This document shows positions 1 to 10,388 of a stretch of DNA of 58,068 bases, in pieces. The notes under the pieces were generated by a model that was not told where the DNA came from, did not search any database, and worked only from the letters and a program-made list of their open reading frames with translations. The first letter of the stretch is position 1. Each line of letters opens with the position of its first letter. The translations under genes and the position numbers were made by a program. The stretch lies in the IMG/VR virus record IMGVR_UViG_3300006947_000012, positions 1 to 58,068 of that record. One strand, written 5' to 3'. The stretch is from a virus (lineage: Duplodnaviria > Caudoviricetes).

Positions 1-3000
1 CTTACGTTTACCGTCCGCAGTCTTATATGAAATACCTGTAAGAACTTCTATTACTGATTCTGTTAAATTCTGAGAGTGGTCAATAGTATTAGCATCTTGT
101 ATATGCGCATTTAAGTTAACTGTATCTAAATGTATATTCTCTTCTAGCTCATAACCTTCAGCAAATGCTTTTCTTTGATATACATCAGAGAACATCATTT
201 TAGCTTTCTTAATATCACTTAAGTTTTTAAGTGCCTGATGACTAATAGCATCAGCTTCAGTTAAACTTCCTTCAGATGTTAATTCATCGCTGTATTCTTC
301 AAACTTACTAGGAAAATCATTCCCTACCAAGTAATTTAAGATTTCATCTCTACTTACTGGTACATTATAGATTTCCTGTGTAGTTTCATTCAACTCAGAC
401 ATTATTAATCCATCTTCATCTACTACACCATCATAGTTAGATAGATACCCATCCATACCGTCTATAAACCAAGCCCTTGCTTCTCTGTAAATCTCTATAC
501 TACCCCATACTTTTATAATGTCTTGGAAGTTCATATTAGTATCGATAGGTTCTCCTGTAACATTCTTACCTGCAAAGTATCCTGAATCAATATTATCAAA
601 TAGTTGATTAATATTAGTAGCGTTTTTATTTACAAAACCTAAGAACTTTAATATTTTCTTAAAGAATCTTTTAATTATAGCTGGAACACTATTTGGGTTT
701 GCTCTAAACTTCATAAACTCTCTAGCTAAATGCTCTTCAACCTCTGCATTACTCATACTTGCTGATAATTTATATTTTGTTCTAGCAGATTTAAATAAAG
801 CTTTACGCTCAGCAGCTGTTAAATAATAAGCTAGAACTTTATGGAAAACCTCATGTCTAACTACATTTTCATAGATACCTTCTTTCTCTTCTAATAAGTA
901 TATAGTCTGATCAATAAACTTACCTAAAGTATAGTCATTATCTGTAAGATCTACCATACGAAGAGAATCTAAGTATGCTACATGCCCTGGAATAAGGTCT
1001 CCCTCTGCATTAAATAAGTCAGGTAATAATTGCTTAAGAAGTTTTAAACTATCTGCTTTTGTTATACGATCTCCTTTAATATCCTTAGCGTCTGGAGATT
1101 GTCTGTACTCTTTACCTTGAGTTTTAGAGCCTAATCCTTTTTTAAATCCTCCTCTTCTCTTTCTAGGCTGTGGTTTAACTACCTTTTCCTCTGCCTCTCT
1201 ATCTGTCTTTATTTTAGCTTGTTTCTTCTCAACAACTTTACTCTTAGCTAGTATAATTTTACTGCTGTCTATACTATCTAACTGTGATGTTAATACTTGA
1301 CTTGCTCTCTTATGGTTATCTTTAACAGTGATAAGTTTAGCTCCCTGACCTTCACTTCTTCCTACTTTCTCAAGTAAAGCAAAATCAGATAAAGTTATAG
1401 GTAAGTACAATATGTTGTTATAGCCTTTAGAATCTGCTTGAGCAAAGAATAATTCTAAAGCGGATAGTGTTAAAGGTCCTTTCTTACCTCCTGGCTTTGT
1501 AGTACTAGCATATGCTAATATACTTTTAGCGCTTACCTGTCTGTGTTTTCTACCGTCTCTTTTAAATCTTTTTGATTCTCTAAACTGTCCATTACTTTGA
1601 GCTAGTTTATTTAAAGCTTTCTGCGCAGTACCTACTCCTGTAGTATTCTTTGAATCTAACTCTCCAGTTTCTGTGGCAGCTACTTCTAGGAACCTATGAC
1701 TTCTCATTTCATCTCTTAATGCGAGTAATTCTTCCATAGCTCCTGGATCACCTATACCTACTGCGTGCCTTTTAACATTCTCATTAGAGCCTAATACAAA
1801 CTTGGTAAACTCTTTTGTACCTAACTTAAGATTACCGCCAGTTATCTCTTCTATACGAGAAGCTGTTATTCTTAAGGCGTCAATAGGGCCATAAAAATTC
1901 TGAACATCATCTTTAATAGCTCTAGAAATTCTTCTAGGAGTTAAAGCTATAAACTGTTTCTTAGATTTAGATCCGGGCGCTTCTACTCCTTCCAGTACTA
2001 AGTATGGTCTACCAGACTTTAACATGAAGTTTTCAGGTATCAACCCTTTACTAGCCATATCTTGTATCTCCTGCTTTTTATAAATTCTTACTCTAGAGTT
2101 AGTAATATTTTTAAGTTGTTTTGGTTTAACTTTCTGGAATTGATCGTAAAAGCTACTCACAAAATCTTTGAGTATATCTTGAATTAAGTTTTTATTTTCC
2201 TTCTTAAAGTTAGCGGCATTTGGCATGTCCTCTCGTAACTGATCCCTAGACATATAGTTATAACTAAGTCTCCTAGCTCCAGACTCTGGTATTATAATAC
2301 CTTTAATAATATTTTTTCTAGAAACCATACCAGAATCATCTCTAACTAAACTCTTATCTCCTGCTATATCTAATGTTACTAAAGGAATAGCTGCTCCTGT
2401 TATAAGGGATGTTTTAAGATTTAATCTTTCTTTTGGGGTTAAAAAGTTCATTGCGTCTACTTCTAAAGCATCACCAACTAATCCTACTCTCCTGTAAACT
2501 TTCTTACCGTTATCTAGTAAAGCTATATTACCGTCTTTAACAGTAACACGCGCTTCTTGTAGCATAACTATTCCTGTTATAGGAGATCCGTCTGCTGCAA
2601 CACCTTTAGCTCTTACAAAAAGTACTGGGCCTTCTTGTAATTTTAATATAGTACCTTGTTCAGCAACTGTATCAGATAGTGCATCATATTCAGGATAATG
2701 AATAATATGTTTATCTTGTACATTTATATCCTTATTAAACTCTCCTTGAATTTCACCTTCTGTATACGCTTCAGTATCTTCACTATAAGCTTCCTCTGGT
2801 AATTCCTCTATAACTTCTATAGCATCATTAGCTACAGCGTCTGCTGGATCTTCATCAGGTAAGTCTTGTGTATTCTCTAAAACCTCTTCTTCAATCGCTT
2901 CTTCTATAACAACATCCTCATTTCCTTCTATAGTATCATTCTCTGTATTTGTCTCTCCCTCCTCTTCTAACTCTTCTTCTATTACAGGATCCTCCTCCAT

Positions 3001-6000
3001 CTGTGTTCCGTCGAACTCATTAAGTAGTTCTACATTATCTTCAACCTCCAATTTAAACTCAGTAGCTCTTCTAGTAAATTCACCAGAAAGATCATTCTGT
3101 ATGTGGTGCATTTGAGGGTCTATAGTATTCTTAATATTAAGATTTGTAGCAATGATAAGTTCTTGGGCCCTAGAAGAAGCAGTGTATAATGCTTTATTAT
3201 AGTCTTCAGAGTCCATACCATTCTCCTGTCTTATATCCATATAAACTTCATCGATAGTCTCTCCTTGAGCTTGGACATAATCTAATACCTCAACATTGTA
3301 TTTATTACTACTAACAAATTCTTTATATTCTTCAACTCTATTTGGGTTAACTATTATAGCTCGTCTAGAGCCTTCAGCAGGTTCAGTAGCTAATTTTAAT
3401 CTTAATCTTTCTTTAAAGTTTCCTGAAATACCATAAACTCCTTTTGCCCCTTCCATAAAAGGATTTGGAGTATTTACCTTAACTACAATTTGCTCATTAG
3501 ACATATCATTTAAATTACGTCTAAATATGTCTTGGAAGTTTGCAATAGCAGGATTATCACTTCTGTATATACTTGTAACAGGAGTAATTAATGTGTTCAT
3601 ATTAGGTAAAGTCCCAAAAGATCTAAGTGGCGACACGCTCTCACTAGTAATTTGAGCTTCATCTCCAAGCATTAGAACCTTAAGTATAGATTCTTTAGCT
3701 TCTTTACGTCTTTCATTTTCTTCTCTTATCTTATTCTCTATAGCCTCATACTGAGCATAAGATAGTGAAGGAGCCTCATCTATAACTAGTACTTGTAATG
3801 CTTGTATTGAATCCTCATCTAACTCTAAAAATGTATTTATTGTGTTAGGAATCTCAATACCTAACGCTTTATTAATTGTTGCGGAGGATGCATCACTGTG
3901 GCCCATTGCGTATATTCTATTAGCAGGTATACCAGCAGTAGCCATTGCCCAAGGTAATACAACTTTACTCTTACCTGTACCGGCAGCTCCCTGCATAAAC
4001 GCTGAAACATTTGCTATATCTCCTATATTTTTAATCTTAGACGCTAAAAATACACTTAACTCTCGTATTGCATTTAATTGCTGTTTAGTTGGGGTAAACT
4101 CTTCGTTATTTAAAGCAGTCTTCTCATTATGTAAATGTGTAGGTATATCAAACTCAGAGTTTAATATTTTAGATAGCTTAGTGTCTGCTACATACTTAAT
4201 ATGTTGAATAAGAATATCAGTTAATACTTCTTTAGAGATAGTGTGTTGAGATCTGTCTTCAACTTGTAGCTCATCTAATAATCTATATGCATCTAAATGA
4301 TCTTCATATCTCCATAATGCAGAGTTATTATTAAATAAATCTAGGTCCTCATTTACACTTGCTATTTGTTGTAGTAACCCTCTTAACCCTGACTCAGGAT
4401 TCTTAAGATAGTTATCTAAAGCAATATCTTGATCTATATCAGACTCAATAATACCTTTAACACTCTCTAAAGCAGCTTTCGCTCCTAACTCAAGATTCTC
4501 ATAGAATACTTTCTTGGCTTTTGATTCAGACTCTAAAGCTTTTTTTACTAGATGTACAGCAGTTAAAGCTACCGCCATTTTATCTGTCATTCCTGTTAGC
4601 ACTCCTTCAGGTAATACTTGGCCTTCTTCTAGTTGCGTTGCAGCTAAACTTAACTTACCTAATACCTCATCTCCTAATAATTTATGTATAAGACTTCCTC
4701 TACTATTATTATCTAGAGGTAGAACATCAGAACCTAATCCTATTGACTCTAAAGTTTGTCTGTATATTCTATCTTCAAATTCATATTGTTGTTGCTCTCT
4801 GTTTGCGGAATTCTTTTTAATTTCCATTAACAATCCTTGAGCCATTACATACCCTGCAGCTAAGTCTTCTGTAATAGCCTCAAAATAATCTTTTTTATCG
4901 TTTGGAGCTTCTACTGTTCTACGTTTAAAGATATTCATAAACAGCTCTATCTTATCAGAAACTTGCTGAGCATTATTCACATCACTATAGTCTGGTATAT
5001 TGTCTAGCTGGCTTTTGATATACTCTAAAGGATTTAAAACTTCTAAAGCTGCCTCTTCTAGAACTCTATCTCTATCAAAAGTAGCAAATACTTCATCTCT
5101 TAAAGTTATAGAATCTGGATCTTCAGCAGCTCGGGTTAGTAGTTTTTCTGCGCTATCTAAAGTATCATTAGATTGAGCTAGTTTAGCCTCTGCTTTACCT
5201 TGCTTCTCATTTAACTCCTTCATATCATGATCTACGCCGGCTCTTTCAACTAGTCCGTCTAATCTTGATTGCTGTAAAGTATCTAATGGTTTAAAATCTT
5301 CTAGGTCTCTTAACTCTTGCAGGTCTTTCATGTCCTGTTCCGTTAAAGGCTCATGAAATAATTCTTTACCTACTGTAGGGTCAAATCCTTTATTAGTTAA
5401 CTTCTCTTTATTTTCTTTTATTTGTTGTATAATATGCTTTTGTTCATTAGCATCTCTAACAATCTCATCAGCCATTTCAACAATCTCTTCTAAAGTTGCA
5501 GGATCTAACTTCGAGTTATTATCTAATATGTCTGGTAATATTTCTCCTAATCTTTTTTTACCGTACTTAGTTATATGTTGTACAATACTCCCTACAGTAT
5601 GATGAGATACCAGTCTTCTTAATTGATGCTTTCTCTTACCTTCTCTAGCTATTTCATACTCTCTATGATTCTCATAAGCAATTTTCTCACTCTCAATCTT
5701 AAGATCTTTTAAAGTAACTTGTTCAGCCTCTGTTAAGTCTTCTCTTGCCTGCATCTCAGAAATTACTTTACCTAAATTTTGAATTCTTCTAAGCTCCCCT
5801 GTGTCCCAAGCCACTCCTTTATACATAGTTTTCTCATTACTAGCAATATCATTATTCTCTTGCTTTGCTTGCTCTATGTCTTGTACATTCTCTTCTATAT
5901 CTTGGTCATATGGTGTACCTAGATTTCTGTCCTTCATTTTCTGTTGAAGAGTTTCTTTTTGAGTCTGAGATAAATTTCCTTCTTCCTGCTTCTTTTTTAA

Positions 6001-8382
6001 TTCTTCTGCTCTTTCCTTAGAAGTTTCTTTATTATTTAACTCTGATAATTCCTCTTTATCTAAAGCTGGCGTATAGAATTCATCAAGCCCTGATAATTGC
6101 TCATCAGAGAATTCTTGTTTCTTTTGTTTAAGTTGTTCGTTTAGTTTAGTCTTATTCACTAAGTTAATAGCATTCTTAAAGACTTGTTCCTTATCCTTTT
6201 CTGATCGCTTCTCTCCTTTTGTTCCCCCTAATATATCATACTCAAAACCAAGTACATTAAAGGCTAACGCAGATTCTTTATCAAATATACTATTATATAT
6301 ATCTTTAGCTTCTCTTATCTCGTCTATAGCAGTTATAGCATCTTCTTTAGTGAACCCTTCCATCTTCTCTGCCTTAGCTAGTCTGTATAATCCGTCGTAA
6401 AGATCATTCTCTTTACCGTTTTTGAAATACTTATATAGTAAATCAGACTTATCATTTAAATCCATTTGAGAATTAAACACATCTCCTTTCTTTCCTAATA
6501 AATTCATAGCCTGTCTTAGGCCCATAACACCTTTAAGTCCCCCATAATTACTAGCAGCTCTAGCTCCTCCAGTCATCATAGTAGCCATATCTCTACCAGA
6601 CTGTACAGCTCTTTTAAAATTTAAACTATTATACATGTCAGGATCTGTATTAGCTAAACCTGTCATATTAGCTGCATAGAGAGGAGCGTCTTTAGCCCAT
6701 ACATCTCCTGTTGCTTCTGCTATATTGCTAAAAAATCCTCCTGAGTAATCTTGAGTAGCTCCTGCTAAGTAATCTTGAGTCCATGTATGCTGAAGGCCCT
6801 CTTCCATTCCTTCTAGTTCTCTAGATATACCCACACCAGCTGAAAATTTAGCAGCATTTATACCTAACCTACCAAAGTAATTAGATGTTATCTTACGGCC
6901 TAAAACGTTACTAACTGATTTAGGTATTATTTTAGAGCCTATACCGCTAAAAGTTTTACCTATCGCTGGTATTCTAGCCCATGTTAATAAAAACTGTGCT
7001 AAATCTGATGCTCCTAGTGCTCTATTCTTTGTTATTAAAGCGTCTATACCTTCATTAGCAGATATAGCTATATTATTTCTTTCAGATTTTGTTAAATCTC
7101 TTTTTATACCTTCATCTTTAAAGATTTGATCTTGGAAAGCTTTCTCCATCTGATCAACTTTCTGCCAGTATACATCACCAGCTTCCATTCTACTCTCAGC
7201 ATTTCTACTAAGACCAAGCCCAAAAGCTACTTCACCCATTGTAAGAAGAGCCAAACCTCCTTGTGTGTATGGGTTAGCCCCTACACCTGTTGTAGCCGCA
7301 CCTAATTGTCTTGCAGCGGCTCTTGTTAAAATAGGGGCAGCTATAGAAAATATTTGTCCTTCTGCTCCTGACATGGTACCTGCTAAATCCTTACCAGATC
7401 TGTGCTCAAAATATTCTTCTCCCATCCATTTATCTGATAACCCAGTCATCTTGGATACTCCAGGGATAGAAGATCCTACACCTCCCCAAAACCCGTCATA
7501 GTTAGGATTATTTCCCTCTATCTTACTTTTTAAATTCCAGTCTTGCGATACGTCACCTCCTCCGTAACCTGAAAATAGAGCACCTACAACAGGTATACTA
7601 CCAAAGTACACACTTCTACCCCAACCTCCATTTTTTATTAACTCTTCTTTCTCAGCTTTTTTCTCCTCATACTTTTCTTTATCTTCTAATAAACTCTCCA
7701 TTGAGTCTCCCGTACCAAGGTAACTCTTCGTAAGTATGTCCTTGTCTAATAGACCTGCCTCTAGAGATTTTTGAATATACTCTTCATAATCCTCTTCTGT
7801 TAATGTATCAGATAATCCAATTTGTATTTCATCTAACATTGTATGAATAAGATTTTGACCTTTAGTCTCAGTAACATATTCACCTTTTTTAATCTTATCC
7901 ATAACTCCTGCATGGTCAGACTTAGATAGAAGACCAGACATCAGTAAATCATCAGCTCTTTCCTCTGCTTGTTCTATCTCAGCTATCTTAACTCTTACCT
8001 CTCTTAACCTGTCCTCATACTGAGTTACATGAAACCCCCTAGTATCATTAATATGAGAGTTCATATAATTTGAAAGATCACCTTGATATATAGACTTATA
8101 CATCTCAGGGAAAGCATTTTGAGTAGCTATCCCATCAGCTCCAGCAGCAAAATCAAAACGTGATTGATCTCCTGTGTCATCTGAATATTGTGCGGCCTGC
8201 CCTACACCCCCCATACCTGGGATAGGACCTCTATTATTACTTAAAGTTTTAAAAGACTGGTCTAACGATAAAGAACCACTAGTTTGATCCACAGAAGATA
8301 CTGCAGAGTTTGTAGGGGTTCCCCCATCTATAGGTAAATTATTTTCATCTAAACCTCCAGTTTGGTATTTTTTCTTAGTCAT
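1..8382 (-). CDS. Giant polyvalent virion cargo/ejection protein (>2794 aa, 3' end outside window): N-terminal membrane-like region, SF1 (RecD/Dda-like) helicase, zincin metallopeptidase
   Basis: ATG at 8382 (MTKKKYQTGG...). Spot-checked in frame: GAAGTGKS (~3967-3990), VLVIDEA (~3772-3792), LGDEAQ (~3652-3669), QAQGETIDEV (~3244-3273), LYTAASRAQ (~3163-3189), HEVFH (841-855), EEHLAREF (~715-740), open at base 1. Absent from the ORF track, consistent with no stop inside the window. Confidence 0.88.
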   Translation of the reverse strand, partial: MTKKKYQTGGLDENNLPIDGGTPTNSAVSSVDQTSGSLSLDQSFKTLSNNRGPIPGMGGVGQAAQYSDDTGDQSRFDFAAGADGIATQNAFPEMYKSIYQGDLSNYMNSHINDTRGFHVTQYEDRLREVRVKIAEIEQAEERADDLLMSGLLSKSDHAGVMDKIKKGEYVTETKGQNLIHTMLDEIQIGLSDTLTEEDYEEYIQKSLEAGLLDKDILTKSYLGTGDSMESLLEDKEKYEEKKAEKEELIKNGGWGRSVYFGSIPVVGALFSGYGGGDVSQDWNLKSKIEGNNPNYDGFWGGVGSSIPGVSKMTGLSDKWMGEEYFEHRSGKDLAGTMSGAEGQIFSIAAPILTRAAARQLGAATTGVGANPYTQGGLALLTMGEVAFGLGLSRNAESRMEAGDVYWQKVDQMEKAFQDQIFKDEGIKRDLTKSERNNIAISANEGIDALITKNRALGASDLAQFLLTWARIPAIGKTFSGIGSKIIPKSVSNVLGRKITSNYFGRLGINAAKFSAGVGISRELEGMEEGLQHTWTQDYLAGATQDYSGGFFSNIAEATGDVWAKDAPLYAANMTGLANTDPDMYNSLNFKRAVQSGRDMATMMTGGARAASNYGGLKGVMGLRQAMNLLGKKGDVFNSQMDLNDKSDLLYKYFKNGKENDLYDGLYRLAKAEKMEGFTKEDAITAIDEIREAKDIYNSIFDKESALAFNVLGFEYDILGGTKGEKRSEKDKEQVFKNAINLVNKTKLNEQLKQKKQEFSDEQLSGLDEFYTPALDKEELSELNNKETSKERAEELKKKQEEGNLSQTQKETLQQKMKDRNLGTPYDQDIEENVQDIEQAKQENNDIASNEKTMYKGVAWDTGELRRIQNLGKVISEMQAREDLTEAEQVTLKDLKIESEKIAYENHREYEIAREGKRKHQLRRLVSHHTVGSIVQHITKYGKKRLGEILPDILDNNSKLDPATLEEIVEMADEIVRDANEQKHIIQQIKENKEKLTNKGFDPTVGKELFHEPLTEQDMKDLQELRDLEDFKPLDTLQQSRLDGLVERAGVDHDMKELNEKQGKAEAKLAQSNDTLDSAEKLLTRAAEDPDSITLRDEVFATFDRDRVLEEAALEVLNPLEYIKSQLDNIPDYSDVNNAQQVSDKIELFMNIFKRRTVEAPNDKKDYFEAITEDLAAGYVMAQGLLMEIKKNSANREQQQYEFEDRIYRQTLESIGLGSDVLPLDNNSRGSLIHKLLGDEVLGKLSLAATQLEEGQVLPEGVLTGMTDKMAVALTAVHLVKKALESESKAKKVFYENLELGAKAALESVKGIIESDIDQDIALDNYLKNPESGLRGLLQQIASVNEDLDLFNNNSALWRYEDHLDAYRLLDELQVEDRSQHTISKEVLTDILIQHIKYVADTKLSKILNSEFDIPTHLHNEKTALNNEEFTPTKQQLNAIRELSVFLASKIKNIGDIANVSAFMQGAAGTGKSKVVLPWAMATAGIPANRIYAMGHSDASSATINKALGIEIPNTINTFLELDEDSIQALQVLVIDEAPSLSYAQYEAIENKIREENERRKEAKESILKVLMLGDEAQITSESVSPLRSFGTLPNMNTLITPVTSIYRSDNPAIANFQDIFRRNLNDMSNEQIVVKVNTPNPFMEGAKGVYGISGNFKERLRLKLATEPAEGSRRAIIVNPNRVEEYKEFVSSNKYNVEVLDYVQAQGETIDEVYMDIRQENGMDSEDYNKALYTASSRAQELIIATNLNIKNTIDPQMHHIQNDLSGEFTRRATEFKLEVEDNVELLNEFDGTQMEEDPVIEEELEEEGETNTENDTIEGNEDVVIEEAIEEEVLENTQDLPDEDPADAVANDAIEVIEELPEEAYSEDTEAYTEGEIQGEFNKDINVQDKHIIHYPEYDALSDTVAEQGTILKLQEGPVLFVRAKGVAADGSPITGIVMLQEARVTVKDGNIALLDNGKKVYRRVGLVGDALEVDAMNFLTPKERLNLKTSLITGAAIPLVTLDIAGDKSLVRDDSGMVSRKNIIKGIIIPESGARRLSYNYMSRDQLREDMPNAANFKKENKNLIQDILKDFVSSFYDQFQKVKPKQLKNITNSRVRIYKKQEIQDMASKGLIPENFMLKSGRPYLVLEGVEAPGSKSKKQFIALTPRRISRAIKDDVQNFYGPIDALRITASRIEEITGGNLKLGTKEFTKFVLGSNENVKRHAVGIGDPGAMEELLALRDEMRSHRFLEVAATETGELDSKNTTGVGTAQKALNKLAQSNGQFRESKRFKRDGRKHRQVSAKSILAYASTTKPGGKKGPLTLSALELFFAQADSKGYNNILYLPITLSDFALLEKVGRSEGQGAKLITVKDNHKRASQVLTSQLDSIDSSKIILAKSKVVEKKQAKIKTDREAEEKVVKPQPRKRRGGFKKGLGSKTQGKEYRQSPDAKDIKGDRITKADSLKLLKQLLPDLFNAEGDLIPGHVAYLDSLRMVDLTDNDYTLGKFIDQTIYLLEEKEGIYENVVRHEVFHKVLAYYLTAAERKALFKSARTKYKLSASMSNAEVEEHLAREFMKFRANPNSVPAIIKRFFKKILKFLGFVNKNATNINQLFDNIDSGYFAGKNVTGEPIDTNMNFQDIIKVWGSIEIYREARAWFIDGMDGYLSNYDGVVDEDGLIMSELNETTQEIYNVPVSRDEILNYLVGNDFPSKFEEYSDELTSEGSLTEADAISHQALKNLSDIKKAKMMFSDVYQRKAFAEGYELEENIHLDTVNLNAHIQDANTIDHSQNLTESVIEVLTGISYKTADGKRK

Positions 8383-8386
8383 TTGG

Positions 8387-8394
8387 CAAATATA
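8387..8394 (-). promoter_or_regulatory. Bacteroidota-type -7 promoter element TATATTTG
   Basis: Minus strand TATATTTGCCAAATG in the short intergenic gap; matches TAnnTTTG; no -33 TTG at 19 nt. Confidence 0.5.
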
Positions 8395-8398
8395 CTAA

Positions 8399-10387
8399 TT
8401 ATTCTTGTTTTTGTCCTATACTTTGTAGGTAACTATTAAGTATAACAGTCAGTTCCTGGTTATTCTTACCCTCATTTTTAGCTTTTATAACAAGTTTAGA
8501 TATATTGTCAGCGTGGTGATTGTACACACCTACAGGATTAGCCATATTTAATATATCTGGCATTTTCTTTAATGTATTAAATGCCTCTTTAACAACTAGG
8601 GTCTGACTTGCTGGAAGTCCCTTAGCAGTATTAATTGTTTGTTGGTATTTTATATCTGAACTTTCAGCTATCGATCTAGCTGCAACTCTTTGTCTTAGTA
8701 TTGTCTCCTCATTGTCATTATACTGGGTAGTACTATGTCCTGCGGCTTTGTATAATGCATCTCCTTGAAGTTTTTCACCTTTAATTCTTTGTGATTTACC
8801 TTTCATTACCCAGTAAGTATTTTCACCTTCTGTTACCTTCCTAAATATTTTATTACCTTGTGCATCTTCTATGTTATCAATGTCCGTAGCCCCAAACCAA
8901 TCAGGAGAGAGCGCCCAATCTGTTGTAGCAAATTTACCTCCAGAACCTTTAGCCATACGATCCATCTGCTCTTCAGTAAACCAATACTCACCATCTATAA
9001 CTGCATTACCATTTATCCACTGCGCGTTGCCTTTAGTACCTGAATTAGGTCTAAACACTCCATCAACAGTTACATCTACAAATGCTCCCATATTCTTAAG
9101 CTGTTCTACATCTACAGCAGCTGTTGCAATTTGTGAAAGTGTTTGTAATTTTCCTACCCTCGTCTTATCATTAAATTCTATTCCCATATCCGCAGATATT
9201 CTTCGCATGTCCTCAATGTTACCAGACTCCTCAGCCACTAAATAATCTATTAAGTGGGCAGACATTTGACTAGCTTCTTCAGAGTTTGCTACAACACCGT
9301 TTGATATTAACTGTTGATCGATCTTGCTGAATGCTTCTTGACCAACAAACCTGCTATAGTCAACAGTAATACCCTGTTGCCCTGATACCCTAACCCCTCC
9401 AACAATGTCTTTTGATATATTTAAAGTATTGTTTGTCATCTCAGTATAAACATCAAACCCTATATTTGTTTTACTATCTAATAAACTATTAACAGCCCAG
9501 TTATCTTGTGTCACATCGCCAGCACCGCTACCACTACCACTCGCAGAATTTAGTTTATATGCTTGATTAGATATAGTAGTTGTTAATCCTACTTGACTAG
9601 ATCCTGCTCCTTTCATTCTATTAAGAATATCTAATTTAGCATCACCCTCAGACATACCTTCAATCTGAGTTAAACGCCTCATATCTTGATCACCTGCTTT
9701 ACTATCTAAGTAGTTACCTAGCATACCATTTACTACCCTCTCCATCTTACCTCTAGAAACTCCTTTAGTGTTACCTGTTTGAAGGTAATCCATAATATCA
9801 TCACCATTAACATCTAGGCCCCCTGTTGCACTGCTGCCACTAGAGGCAATAGTACCTATAAGATTTTTCATGTAAGCGTTATAATCCTCTTTCTGCTCCA
9901 TCTTCTCTTTATAGCTATTAACAATTTCGTTACCTTCTTCGTCTGTTGTAACGGTAGTAAAGCTCTCTCTAGCTCCTTTGTTAAAATCTAAGATACCACT
10001 AGGCCCAAATTCTTCTATCATAGCCTCTTCCTTTGTAAATTCTAAGGCATTCTTCTGGGCTTGATTAACAGTTTTATCAGTCATTACATAATCGATGTTC
10101 TGTTGTACAGCATTAGTTGCGTCTTCAAATGCACCTGACTCTAAAACACTCTCAAAGTTTTTATCTATGGTGCCTGTAAACTGGTCCCTTAACCCTGCCT
10201 TCTCGTCTCCTGGCATTAACTCCATCTGCGCCATAGCTCTTTTAGTAAGATTATAAGCATCTTTATTCTTATCATACTGTTGTCTGTATAACAAAGCAGC
10301 CTGCTTAAATGTTTCTACTCCAGGATCTATAAATGTAGACTGCACTGGAGTAATAATGTTCCCACTATTTAAATCGTATTTTCCCAT
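8399..10387 (-). CDS. Putative internal virion (cargo/ejection) protein, 662 aa
   Basis: Long ORF between muzzle-adjacent cargo genes and the giant protein, as in crAss-like genomes; helical N-terminal half; no catalytic motif recognised. Confidence 0.6.
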   Translation of the reverse strand: MGKYDLNSGNIITPVQSTFIDPGVETFKQAALLYRQQYDKNKDAYNLTKRAMAQMELMPGDEKAGLRDQFTGTIDKNFESVLESGAFEDATNAVQQNIDYVMTDKTVNQAQKNALEFTKEEAMIEEFGPSGILDFNKGARESFTTVTTDEEGNEIVNSYKEKMEQKEDYNAYMKNLIGTIASSGSSATGGLDVNGDDIMDYLQTGNTKGVSRGKMERVVNGMLGNYLDSKAGDQDMRRLTQIEGMSEGDAKLDILNRMKGAGSSQVGLTTTISNQAYKLNSASGSGSGAGDVTQDNWAVNSLLDSKTNIGFDVYTEMTNNTLNISKDIVGGVRVSGQQGITVDYSRFVGQEAFSKIDQQLISNGVVANSEEASQMSAHLIDYLVAEESGNIEDMRRISADMGIEFNDKTRVGKLQTLSQIATAAVDVEQLKNMGAFVDVTVDGVFRPNSGTKGNAQWINGNAVIDGEYWFTEEQMDRMAKGSGGKFATTDWALSPDWFGATDIDNIEDAQGNKIFRKVTEGENTYWVMKGKSQRIKGEKLQGDALYKAAGHSTTQYNDNEETILRQRVAARSIAESSDIKYQQTINTAKGLPASQTLVVKEAFNTLKKMPDILNMANPVGVYNHHADNISKLVIKAKNEGKNNQELTVILNSYLQSIGQKQE

Positions 10388-10388
10388 T

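Noticed and set aside
1-8382. Calling the giant ORF the virion RNA polymerase
   Set aside because: I did not find the catalytic DxDxD motif in the parts I translated; the gene is truncated, so the call is unsupported.
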